Shown: piece by piece, positions 21,615-33,505 of the stretch
How positions within the stretch are numbered: the stretch's first letter is position 1
How the letters are laid out: every line of letters starts with the position of its first letter
Origin: Nemertoderma westbladi
Taxonomy: Eukaryota > Animalia > Xenacoelomorpha
NCBI GenBank assembly: GCA_032718475.1
Contig: JAUCBJ010009123.1
Coordinates: forward strand, 1-64,000
Direction of reading: 5' to 3'
Length of the DNA: 64,000 nt
Program-made: the position numbers and the translations under genes
Notes under the pieces: model-generated
Seen by the model: only the letters and a program-made list of their open reading frames with translations
The model's database searches: none
Told to the model about the DNA's origin: nothing

Positions 21615-24600
21615 ATGGCTGTACATCACACACTCAAAACGCCACGGTTAAATCCACTCACAAAGACTGAATCAATCAGCTCTTTTGAAGCGTGGCGACA
21701 AACACTAGTGTACAGTTTGTCATTAGATCCCGAGTTTGCACGTTTTACTGCAGAGGGGTCCAGGTGGACTAAAGCTTCAGCTCAACACCCCACCCGAGGC
21801 CTGGTTGATGATGACCACACTGTGCCAGCTGCTCAACGACGCACAGCACTTCAGAAAGTCACAGCCCTTGAACTATTACTCGGTCAAATTGCAAATTATG
21901 CTCCGATCATTTCGCGTAACTCTATTGTACGAGCATCTACCTCACTACCAGCTATCTGGCAAGCATTACGTTTACATTTCGGATTCGAGTCATCTGGGGC
22001 TCATTTTCTCGATTTTAATTCTATTCAATTACAGCATGAAGAACGTCCAGAAGACCTCTATCAGCGCATTGTCGCCTTTGTCGACGACAACCTGCTCACT
22101 CGTGATGGAGGCATAACACACTTCAACGAAACCCCTACTTCTGATGAGGAAGTTTCCCCGTCTTTGGAGAACTTCATAGTCATTACGTGGCTTCGACTAA
22201 TCCATGAAGACCTCCCCCAACTTGTAAAGCAAAGGTACGGTACTGAGCTCCGCTCACGTACTCTTGCCACGATTAAGCAGGAGATTAGCCAAGCACTGCC
22301 TTCCCTGCTCGATGAACTTCGAGCATCTGCCGATGTCCGCACCTTCCGTACCAATGTTTCCAATAAACCACGATACAGCTTGTCACGCACATCTTCAAGT
22401 ATATCCCGTCGAGATCCACCCCGATCCCGAACTCAATTGCCACGACCAAGCAAGGTATGCCCTTTATGTCAGCAGGCCAACCGGCCAACCACTGATCACT
22501 ATTTGAGTGCTTGTCGGTACTTACCTGAACAGGATCGACAGTATTTTGTGAGAACCAGGTGCGTTGATCTATACGACTATGATGAATACTCCGAGGAAGA
22601 AATCGATCAATCAGGTGATCCCATAGGCACTGTACCTACCCCTAATGTTAACCGAGTTGCTGTTATTCGGTCACCATATCTAGATGTTATGTATGGACCA
22701 CGCCCCTTACAGCTCTTACTTGATTGTGGTGCAGAGAGTGACTTGATACGTGAGTCATTTGCCCATGAGCTAGGTCTTACTATAACACCTAGTAAACGCC
22801 AGGTTCCAGCCCTTGCCGACGGTCAATCCACTCTGCTTGTGTCTGGGGAAACCCGCTTCTGTCTAAACCGTGGCAAACTAAAGTTTGACTTCCAGGGACT
22901 GGTTATCCCCAACCTGGGGTCACCGATAATTGGTGGAATGCCTTTCCTCAGTACAAATGACGTTGGAATCCGTGCAGCCAACAACCAGATTACTTTCAGA
23001 GATGGGTCGAGTACGTCGTATGGGACTCATCCTCATAATGTAAAACATGCTCGCCATCATGATGCACCCCTCCTCCGTGCCTCTGCACGATCTGTTGTAG
23101 TATGGCCTGGCAATAGCCTGCAATTAGCTCTACCACCAGCTGTCATTGATGAGGATTCTCTGTTGTTAGCACCACACATCCCAATAGGTGATCATAATAT
23201 ACTAAAACAACAGTGGTTTTCACCCATTTTGTCCCAGCCTTGTGATGGATATGTTAGTATTATGAATACCACAACTATACCAGTGTCAATCAAACGACAC
23301 TCTCATGTGTGCACTGCTACCCCTGTTGGAGTCCTACCTGATTCTGAGTATTCCCCTGTAATGCCACATACACCCATCATACGTTCAGTAACCTCAGCTA
23401 AACAGCCAAATATTGGCGCCATTAAACTTGACCCTGACCATCTCTTAACCCAGCCACAGCGGGATGATTTGATGGCCATTATCTTACGTTATGCTTCAGT
23501 TTTCGATGCCCAGTACCCTGGCTACAATGGAGCAGTTGGACCTTTTGAGGCTGTGGTTAACATGGGCCCTACCCTACCCCCCCAACAGAAGGGCCGCATC
23601 CCACAGTATGGAAGGAATAGACTTGTAGAATTACAGGACCGCTTCGACGAATTAGAAAACCTTGGTGTCTTCTCCACCCCTGAAAGAGCTGGCATCCAAG
23701 TTGAATACCTCAGCCCGTCATTTCTTGTCACCAAACCTAGTGGAGGTACACGTTTAGTAACCGCATTCAATGAGATCGCACGTTATGCGAAGCCACAACC
23801 TTCCCTCCTACCAGACGTGAATTCAACCCTTCGAGCTGTAGGCAGATACAAATACATTGTAAAAACTGACTTAGTCAGCGCCTTTTATCAAATTCCCTTA
23901 AAACGTGAATCAATGCGATATTGTGGAGTTGTTACTCCTTTCCGAGGAGTACGGGTATACAACCGATGTGCCATGGGCATGCCGGGGTCTGAGACCGCAT
24001 TAGAAGAGCTCATGTGCCGAGTTTTTAGTGATCTCTTGATGGAAGGGGTCATTACCAAAATCGCAGATGACATCTACTGTGGGGGAGAGTCAGTTGCTGA
24101 ACTAGCAGTAAACTTCGCTGCCATGCTCGCTGCCCTGGATCGATGTAACCTCCGTCTAGCACCTCATAAAACCGTCATTTGCCCCAACTCTACAACCATT
24201 CTTGGTTGGCGTTGGACCCAAGGAGCACTCTCTGCATCCCCTCACATAGTTTCAACCCTTGCGACATGTGAAGCACCTGACAACATCCGCTCATTACGAT
24301 CCTTCATAGGCTCCTATAAGGTTCTTTCCAAGGTACTCCCTCGATGTTCTGCACTCATTGCTCCACTTGATGAACTCGTTTATGGCCAACCACGTGACCC
24401 TGTGGCATGGACTGAATCCACGTCTGCAGCCTTTCGATGTGCCCAGGCATCATTGAAAAATTGCCGCTCCATCACCATCCCTCATCCCAGTGACGAACTC
24501 TTTATCGTGACCGACGCTGCATCTAGCACTGACGGTCTTGGAGCAGTATTATATGCTCGCCGTGGCTCACGTCTTCTTCTGGGTGGGTTTTATTCAGCCA

Positions 24601-26498
24601 AACTACGAGTCCACCAGCGTATCTGGCTTCCATGTGAGTTAGAGGCACTCGCCATTGCATCCTCTGTTCACCACTTTGCACCTTACCTGACCCAGTCTTT
24701 AACATTATCACATGTGGTAACCGATAGTAAGCCGTGTGTGGAGGCATATGCCAAGTTGGTTCGTGGAGCCTACTCTGCTAGCCCTCGTCTCACGACATTC
24801 TTGTCTACCCTCAGTCAGCACCATCTCACCGTTGTCCATATTACAGGTTCCCGCAACTTACCTGCCGATTTCCAGAGCCGAAATGCGCCTACTTGCACTG
24901 ACCGTTGCTGCCAAATTTGCAACTTTGCTGATGATTTGTCTAATGAACCTGTTGTTCGTGCAGTAATGTCGACTGATACCCCAACCGATAGTATTGAGAA
25001 ACAGAATCCACGACCATTATATACAACTCGTTCTACATGGTTGCTCATGCAACAGGAGTGCACCAACCTCCGCCGTACAAAGGCGCACCTGTCACAGGGA
25101 ACCCGTCCATCCAAGAAAGAGACGACAATCCGCGATATTAAGCGCTATTTGGGTTGTGCAACTATTGCTTCTGATGGCTTACTTGTTGTTCGCCGCCCCG
25201 TTGACTTCTCTGCCCCCCGGGAACTCATTATTGTCCCACGTCATGCTTTAGCTGGCCTACTCATGTCTTTGCACCTTGAGTTAGGACACCCATCTAAGTC
25301 ACAACTCCGACAGTCAGTAATGCGTTATTTCTACGCCCTTGACATGGACCGTGCCATAGAGGCAACTACCACTGGGTGTACCCAATGTACTGCCCTTCAA
25401 TCGGCCCCTCCTCGTGTTTTGCCACAGACATCTGAGGATCCTCCTGCTGTCATAGGCATCTCTCTCGCTGCTGACATTATCAAGCGTCACCGCCAATTGA
25501 TACTACTTGTACGAGAAACTATTTCATCCTATACGACAGCATCTATTATACCCGACGAACGTCACACTACAATACGCGATGCTCTCCTTGCTTTATGTGT
25601 CGGGTTATGTCCCTTAGCTGCCCCACATACGGTTATTCGGACTGATCCAGCACCAGGATTTAGAGCCCTTGTAAACGACAATGTACTCACATCCCATAAT
25701 TTACGCATTGAGTTAGGGAGACCGAAAAACATCAATAAAAACCCAGTGGCTGAGCATGCCATCCGTGAGTTAGAAGAAGAACTTGTAAAGCTCCACCCAT
25801 CTGGTGGACCCTATTCAGCCGTGTCTATCGCCCTAGCTGTATCCCGTCTAAATGCCCGTATCAGGTCTCCTGGCATATCTGCACGTGAAATGTTCCATCA
25901 ACGAGACCAATACACTGGTGAGCAACTTCCGATTGTTGACAGCCAGTTAATCGCCAATCAACACCAGTCACGCTTGGCAAACCACTTGTCCAGTGCACAA
26001 TCTAAGGTGCCTTGTCCTAAGAAACCAAATCAATCTCCACCAATTTCTGTTGGTGACCTTGTATATTTGTACAGAGACCCTCCTAACCTACATACTCGCC
26101 CACGTTATATCGTGTCTACCGCAGACATTGATTGGCTTAGTGTACGAAAGTTTACTGGTTCTCAATTACGGGCACAAGCCTACCGCGTGCCACGTACGGA
26201 GTGCGTCCTTGTCCCACATCGTATCCCACACGAGCATGCCTATAACCATGCTACACATTCATCCGATGATGAGGTTGAACTCAGTCCAGGCATCACTGTA
26301 GAGGTTCCACCTTCCAAGTCACCAACCCAGAACATGACCCATGTTGATGAGCCAGAACCAGAACCCACAGCGCCCATTCGTAATTATGGTGATCCTCTGT
26401 TAATCAGCCCAAGTAAACAGGCAGATCTGCCAAATACACCAGAGGCTGTGACTCGACCCCGGCGACAGCGTAAACCCCCGGATTATTATGGCTACTAG
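21615..26498 (+). CDS. Gag-Pol polyprotein, uninterrupted
   Basis: Cys/His knuckle CPLC...DHYLSAC, protease LLDCGAE, RT (KTDLVSAFYQI, MGMPGS, IADD), RNase H (VTDAAS, CELEALAI, VTDSKP, ADFQSR), integrase HHCC (LHLELGHP...CTQC) and D-D-E (ADII, RTDPAPGF, NPVAE). Confidence 0.95.
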   Translation: MAVHHTLKTPRLNPLTKTESISSFEAWRQTLVYSLSLDPEFARFTAEGSRWTKASAQHPTRGLVDDDHTVPAAQRRTALQKVTALELLLGQIANYAPIISRNSIVRASTSLPAIWQALRLHFGFESSGAHFLDFNSIQLQHEERPEDLYQRIVAFVDDNLLTRDGGITHFNETPTSDEEVSPSLENFIVITWLRLIHEDLPQLVKQRYGTELRSRTLATIKQEISQALPSLLDELRASADVRTFRTNVSNKPRYSLSRTSSSISRRDPPRSRTQLPRPSKVCPLCQQANRPTTDHYLSACRYLPEQDRQYFVRTRCVDLYDYDEYSEEEIDQSGDPIGTVPTPNVNRVAVIRSPYLDVMYGPRPLQLLLDCGAESDLIRESFAHELGLTITPSKRQVPALADGQSTLLVSGETRFCLNRGKLKFDFQGLVIPNLGSPIIGGMPFLSTNDVGIRAANNQITFRDGSSTSYGTHPHNVKHARHHDAPLLRASARSVVVWPGNSLQLALPPAVIDEDSLLLAPHIPIGDHNILKQQWFSPILSQPCDGYVSIMNTTTIPVSIKRHSHVCTATPVGVLPDSEYSPVMPHTPIIRSVTSAKQPNIGAIKLDPDHLLTQPQRDDLMAIILRYASVFDAQYPGYNGAVGPFEAVVNMGPTLPPQQKGRIPQYGRNRLVELQDRFDELENLGVFSTPERAGIQVEYLSPSFLVTKPSGGTRLVTAFNEIARYAKPQPSLLPDVNSTLRAVGRYKYIVKTDLVSAFYQIPLKRESMRYCGVVTPFRGVRVYNRCAMGMPGSETALEELMCRVFSDLLMEGVITKIADDIYCGGESVAELAVNFAAMLAALDRCNLRLAPHKTVICPNSTTILGWRWTQGALSASPHIVSTLATCEAPDNIRSLRSFIGSYKVLSKVLPRCSALIAPLDELVYGQPRDPVAWTESTSAAFRCAQASLKNCRSITIPHPSDELFIVTDAASSTDGLGAVLYARRGSRLLLGGFYSAKLRVHQRIWLPCELEALAIASSVHHFAPYLTQSLTLSHVVTDSKPCVEAYAKLVRGAYSASPRLTTFLSTLSQHHLTVVHITGSRNLPADFQSRNAPTCTDRCCQICNFADDLSNEPVVRAVMSTDTPTDSIEKQNPRPLYTTRSTWLLMQQECTNLRRTKAHLSQGTRPSKKETTIRDIKRYLGCATIASDGLLVVRRPVDFSAPRELIIVPRHALAGLLMSLHLELGHPSKSQLRQSVMRYFYALDMDRAIEATTTGCTQCTALQSAPPRVLPQTSEDPPAVIGISLAADIIKRHRQLILLVRETISSYTTASIIPDERHTTIRDALLALCVGLCPLAAPHTVIRTDPAPGFRALVNDNVLTSHNLRIELGRPKNINKNPVAEHAIRELEEELVKLHPSGGPYSAVSIALAVSRLNARIRSPGISAREMFHQRDQYTGEQLPIVDSQLIANQHQSRLANHLSSAQSKVPCPKKPNQSPPISVGDLVYLYRDPPNLHTRPRYIVSTADIDWLSVRKFTGSQLRAQAYRVPRTECVLVPHRIPHEHAYNHATHSSDDEVELSPGITVEVPPSKSPTQNMTHVDEPEPEPTAPIRNYGDPLLISPSKQADLPNTPEAVTRPRRQRKPPDYYGY

Positions 26499-26714
26499 GA
26501 CACTAATGCACCAACGGTTAATTGTCTACCTGAAGGCCCTTTTGTATCTTTCTAAACTAACACGCGAAGTATATAACTGTCCGTATATGAAGCCATCCGT
26601 ATAGTCAACGTTTGTTTGTTATATATTGTGTCTCACCTTGGAAACTGAAAGATTGATATAATAGATATAATATCCATTTTGTAGAATGCGTATGGTGATA
26701 CATTTACAGACTAT

Positions 26715-26730
26715 AAAGGGAAAGAAAGAG
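26715..26730 (+). other. Polypurine tract
   Basis: AAAGGGAAAGAAAGAG, 4 nt (ATTG) upstream of the 3' LTR. Confidence 0.85.
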
Positions 26731-26734
26731 ATTG

Positions 26735-27328
26735 CGCCAGACCCCCTATGGGTGTCTAGCATGGCCTGTGGATATATGGGGTGAAGGATGAACCGGTCGG
26801 CAGTCAGGATGCCTATTCATTCTGGCTTAGAGATAAAGGACTCTGTACCCGTCTCCATTCTGTCCAGCTATCTGCCTGTCTGCACTTCCCGCAGTACAGC
26901 AGTGCCGGTACTCGTCGGGCTGTCAGGTACAGATACCGTACCTCGCGCTGACAGTCTCCCCGGCAACCCGGCCTATCTACCTGGCCGTGTAGTACCAGTA
27001 TCTAGCCGGTATCTACCAGCCGGTATCTACCAACCGGTATCGCTACGTACCCATTACAGCATTACCCGCCTACCTGGCCTACCTACCTGGCCGGGCGTCC
27101 GCCAATACATTGCCCTACCTATATACTGACTGACTGACGTACCGGTACACTTTACCTGCTTTGTGTTATATATATACATATATATCTATATATTCCTATC
27201 GTTGTGTTCTGGTGTTGTGAACTGATATGCCCTTGCTTGAATCATATATATCAGTATATAGTAAGCCTATGTAAAGGAACTATATCTATATCGTTTTATA
27301 CCGCCTCAGATACACTTCCACTCTGGCG
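26735..27328 (+). repeat. 3' LTR (594 bp)
   Basis: Direct repeat of 20763-21356. Confidence 0.95.
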
Positions 27329-30300
27329 ATGAATAAACTATAAAATATATTTTCTGTATGAATATACTATAAAATATATTTTCTGTACGAATATACTACC
27401 GGTATAAAATATATTTTCTGTATGAATATACTATAAAATATATTTTCTGTATGAATATACTATAAAATATATTTTCTGTATGAATATACTATAAAATATA
27501 TTTTCTGTACGAATATACTATAAAATATATTTTCTGTACGAATATACTATAAAATATATTTTCTGTATGAATATACTATAAAATATATTTTCTGTATGAA
27601 TATACTATAAAATATATTTTCTGTATGAATATACTATAAAATATATTTTCTGTATGAATATACTATAAAATATATTTTCTGTATGAATATACTATAAAAT
27701 ATATTTTCTGTATGAATATACTATAAAATATATTTTCTGTATGAATATACTATAAAATATATTTTCTGTACGAATATACTATAAAATATATTTTCTGTAC
27801 GAATATACTATAAAATATATTTTCTGTATGAATATACTATAAAATATATTTTCTGTATGAATATACTATAAAATATATTTTCTGTATGAATATACTATAA
27901 AATATATTTTCTGTACGAATATACTATAAAATATATTTTCTGTACGAATATACTATAAAATATATTTTCTGTATGAATATACTATAAAATATATTTTCTG
28001 TATGAATATACTATAAAATATATTTTCTGTACGAATATACTATAAAATATATTTTCTGTACGAATATACTATAAAATATATTTTCTGTACGAATATACTA
28101 TAAAATATATTTTCTGTACGAATATACTATAAAATATATTTTCTGTACGAATATACTATAAAATATATTTTCTGTATGAATATACTATAAAATATATTTT
28201 CTGTATGAATATACTATAAAATATATTTTCTGTATGAATATACTATAAAATATATTTTCTGTATGAATATACTATAAAATATATTTTCTGTATCGAATAT
28301 ACTATAAAATATATTTTCTGTACGAATATACTATAAAATATATTTTCTGTATGAATATACTATAAAATATATTTTCTGTATGAATATACTATAAAATATA
28401 TTTTCTGTATGAATATACTATAAAATATATTTTCTGTATGAATATACTATAAAATATATTTTCTGTATGAATATACTATAAAATATATTTTCTGTACGAA
28501 TATACTATAAAATATATTTTCTGTATGAATATACTATAAAATATATTTTCTGTATGAATATACTATAAAATATATTTTCTGTACGAATATACTATAAAAT
28601 ATATTTTCTGTATGAATATACTATAAAATATATTTTCTGTATGAATATACTATAAAATATATTTTCTGTATGAATATACTATAAAATATATTTTCTGTAT
28701 GAATATACTATAAAATATATTTTCTGTATGAATATACTATAAAATATATTTTCTGTATGAATATACTATAAAATATATTTTCTGTATGAATATACTATAA
28801 AATATATTTTCTGTACGAATATACTACGGTATAAAATATATTTTCTGTATGAATATACTATAAAATATATTTTCTGTATGAATATACTATAAAATATATT
28901 TTCTGTATGAATATACTATAAAATATATTTTCTGTACGAATATACTATAAAATATATTTTCTGTATGAATATACTATAAAATATATTTTCTGTATGAATA
29001 TACTATAAAATATATTTTCTGTATGAATATACTATAAAATATATTTTCTGTATGAATATACTATAAAATATATTTTCTGTATGAATATACTATAAAATAT
29101 ATTTTCTGTACGAATATACTATAAAATATATTTTCTGTATGAATATACTATAAAATATATTTTCTGTACGAATATACTATAAAATATATTTTCTGTACGA
29201 ATATACTATAAAATATATTTTCTGTATGAATATACTATAAAATATATTTTCTGTATGAATATACTATAAAATATATTTTCTGTATGAATATACTATAAAA
29301 TATATTTTCTGTATGAATATACTATAAAATATATTTTCTGTATGAATATACTATAAAATATATTTTCTGTACGAATATACTATAAAATATATTTTCTGTA
29401 TGAATATACTATAAAATATATTTTCTGTATGAATATACTATAAAATATATTTTCTGTATGAATATACTATAAAATATATTTTCTGTATGAATATACTATA
29501 AAATATATTTTCTGTACGAATATACTATAAAATATATTTTCTGTACGAATATACTATAAAATATATTTTCTGTATGAATATACTATAAAATATATTTTCT
29601 GTACGAATATACTATAAAATATATTTTCTGTATGAATATACTATAAAATATATTTTCTGTACGAATATACTATAAAATATATTTTCTGTACGAATATACT
29701 ACTGTATAAAATATATTTTCTGTATGAATATACTATAAAATATATTTTCTGTATCGAATATACTATAAAATATATTTTCTGTATGAATATACTATAAAAT
29801 ATATTTTCTGTATGAATATACTATAAAATATATTTTCTGTATGAATATACTATAAAATATATTTTCTGTATGAATATACTATAAAATATATTTTCTGTAT
29901 GAATATACTATAAAATATATTTTCTGTATGAATATACTATAAAATATATTTTCTGTATGAATATACTATAAAATATATTTTCTGTATGAATATACTATAA
30001 AATATATTTTCTGTATGAATATACTATAAAATATATTTTCTGTATGAATATACTATAAAATATATTTTCTGTATGAATATACTATAAAATATATTTTCTG
30101 TACGAATATACTATAAAATATATTTTCTGTACGAATATACTATAAAATATATTTTCTGTATGAATATACTATAAAATATATTTTCTGTATGAATATACTA
30201 TAAAATATATTTTCTGTATGAATATACTATAAAATATATTTTCTGTATGAATATACTATAAAATATATTTTCTGTATGAATATACTATAAAATATATTTT

Positions 30301-33212
30301 CTGTATGAATATACTATAAAATATATTTTCTGTATGAATATACTATAAAATATATTTTCTGTACGAATATACTATAAAATATATTTTCTGTACGAATATA
30401 CTATAAAATATATTTTCTGTATGAATATACTATAAAATATATTTTCTGTATGAATATACTATAAAATATATTTTCTGTACGAATATACTATAAAATATAT
30501 TTTCTGTACGAATATACTATAAAATATATTTTCTGTATTCGAATATACTATAAAATATATTTTCTGTATGAATATACTATAAAATATATTTTCTGTACGA
30601 ATATACTATAACATATATTTTCTGTACGAATATACTATAAAATATATTTTCTGTATGAATATACTATAAAATATATTTTCTGTATGAATATACTATAAAA
30701 TATATTTTCTGTATGAATATACTATAAAATATATTTTCTGTATGAATATACTATAAAATATATTTTCTGTATGAATATACTATAAAATATATTTTCTGTA
30801 TGAATATACTATAAAATATATTTTTCTGTATGAATATACTATAAAATATATTTTCTGTATGAATATACTATAAAATATATTTTCTGTATGAATATACTAT
30901 AAAATATATTTTCTGTATGAATAAACTATAAAATATATTTTCTGTATGAATATACTATAAAATATATTTTCTGTACGAATATACTACCGTAAAATATATT
31001 TTCTGTATGAATATACTATAAAATATATTTTCTGTATGAATATACTATAAAATATATTTTCTGTATGAATATACTATAAAATATATTTTCTGTATGAATA
31101 TACTATAAAATATATTTTCTGTATGAATATACTATAAAATATATTTTCTGTATGAATATACTATAAAATATATTTTCTGTATGAATATACTATAAAATAT
31201 ATTTTCTGTATGAATATACTATAAAATATATTTTCTGAATATACTATAAAATATATTTTCTGTACGAATATACTATAAAATATATTTTCTGTACGAATAT
31301 ACTATAAAATATATTTTCTGTATGAATATACTATAAAATATATTTTCTGTATGAATATACTATAAAATATATTTTCTGTACGAATATACTATAAAATATA
31401 TTTTCTGTACGAATATACTATAAAATATATTTTCTGTATTCGAATATACTATAAAATATATTTTCTGTATGAATATACTATAAAATATATTTTCTGTACG
31501 AATATACTATAAAATATATTTTCTGTATGAATATACTATAAAATATATTTTCTGTATGAATATACTATAAAATATATTTTCTGTATGAATATACTATAAA
31601 ATATATTTTCTGTATGAATATACTATAAAATATATTTTCTGTACGAATATACTATAAAATATATTTTCTGTATGAATATCCTATAAAATATATTTTCTGT
31701 ATGAATATACTATAAAATATATTTTCTGTATGAATATACTATAAAATATATTTTCTGTATGAATATACTATAAAATATATTTTCTGTATGAATATACTAT
31801 AAAATATATTTTCTGTACGAATATACTATAAAATATATTTTCTGTATGAATATCCTATAAAATATATTTTCTGTATGAATATACTATAAAATATATTTTC
31901 TGTATGAATATACTATAAAATATATTTTCTGTATGAATATACTATAAAATATATTTTCTGTACGAATATACTATAAAATATATTTTCTGTATGAATATAC
32001 TATAAAATATATTTTCTGTACGAATATACTATAAAATATATTTTCTGTACGAATATACTATAAAATATATTTTCTGTATGAATATACTATAAAATATATT
32101 TTCTGTATTCGAATATACTATAAAATATATTTTCTGTATGAATATACTATAAAATATATTTTCTGTATTCGAATATACTATAAAATATATTTTCTGTATG
32201 AATATACTATAAAATATATTTTCTGTACGAATTGACTATAAAATATATTTTCTGTACGAATATACTATAAAATATATTTTCTGTATGAATATACTATAAA
32301 ATATATTTTCTGTATGAATATACTATAAAATATATTTTCTGTATGAATATACTATAAAATATATTTTCTGTATGAATATACTATAAAATATATTATCTGT
32401 ACGAATATACTATAAAATATATTTTCTGTATGAATATACTATAAAATATATTTTCTGTATGAATATACTATAAAATATATTTTCTGTATGAATATACTAT
32501 AAAATATATTTTCTGTATGAATATACTATAAAATATATTTTCTGTATGAATATACTATAAAATATATTTTCTGTATGAATATACTATAAAATATATTTTC
32601 TGTATGAATAAACTATAAAATATATTTTCTGTACGAATATACTATAAAATATATTTTCTGTATGAATATACTATAAAATATATTTTCTGTATGAATATAC
32701 TATAAAATATATTTTCTGTACGAATATACTATAAAATATATTTTCTGTATTCGAATATACTATAAAATATATTTTCTGTATGAATATACTATAAAATATA
32801 TTTTCTGTATGAATATACTATAAAATATATTTTCTGTACGAATATACTATAAAATATATTTTCTGTACGAATATACTATAAAATATATTTTCTGTACGAA
32901 TATACTATAAAATATATTTTCTGTACGAATATACTATAAAATATATTTTCTGTATGAATATACTATAAAATATATTTTCTGTATGAATATACTATAAAAT
33001 ATATTTTCTGTATGAATATACTATAAAATATATTTTCTGTATGAATATACTATAAAATATATTTTCTGTATGAATATACTATAAAATATATTTTCTGTAT
33101 GAATATACTATAAAATATATTTTCTGTATGAATATACTATAAAATATATTTTCTGTATGAATATACTATAAAATATATTTTCTGTATGAATATACTATAA
33201 AATATATTTTCT
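27329..33212. repeat. 29-bp AT-rich satellite, right block (~200 units)
   Basis: Same unit as the left block, resuming in register after the LTR. Confidence 0.97.
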
Positions 33213-33367
33213 AGAATCCCGTATCAGAGCAATTTCTACGAAAAGAGTAAAATTATCGGAAGTAATGGTATATTATACGACATTTATTTAAAATTATACG
33301 GAAATTATTTCAGCTAGTTTTCGTAGCAATATTCGAAAATAACAATAAACTGATATTATTCAATTTT

Positions 33368-33500
33368 TTAGAGGTGAATTTACGGATATACTGTTTTCAC
33401 CTGAAGCCTAATAAACCGTAAAACTACCGAGGCCGAAGGCCGAGGTTGTTATACAAGTTTTTTGCTAAAGGTGAATATATTATCCGTATTATTCGTGTAT
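33368..33500. repeat. Related degenerate hairpin centred on CCGAGGCCGAAGGCCGAGG
   Basis: Arms GAATTTACGGATATA and ATTATCCGTATTATTC, with the same core motif as the hairpins at ~18727 and ~33628. Confidence 0.55.
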
Positions 33501-33505
33501 GCGAA

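Larger units (their letters stand above)
20763..27328 (+). mobile_element. Full-length Ty3/Gypsy-type LTR retrotransposon (Troyka-like: CG...CG ends, 3-bp TSD)
   Basis: Two LTRs offset by 5972 bp, PBS, PPT and a single gag-pol ORF in PR-RT-RH-IN order. ATG is duplicated at 20760-20762 and 27329-27331. Confidence 0.95.
18634..33350. mobile_element. Palindrome-headed dispersed element, copy 1 (host of the 29-bp satellite and the LTR element)
   Basis: Begins with a ~200-bp hairpin centred on CCGAGGCCGCAGGCCGAGG. 18634-19610 and 33213-33350 are colinear with copy 2 at 33535-35032. Confidence 0.75.
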
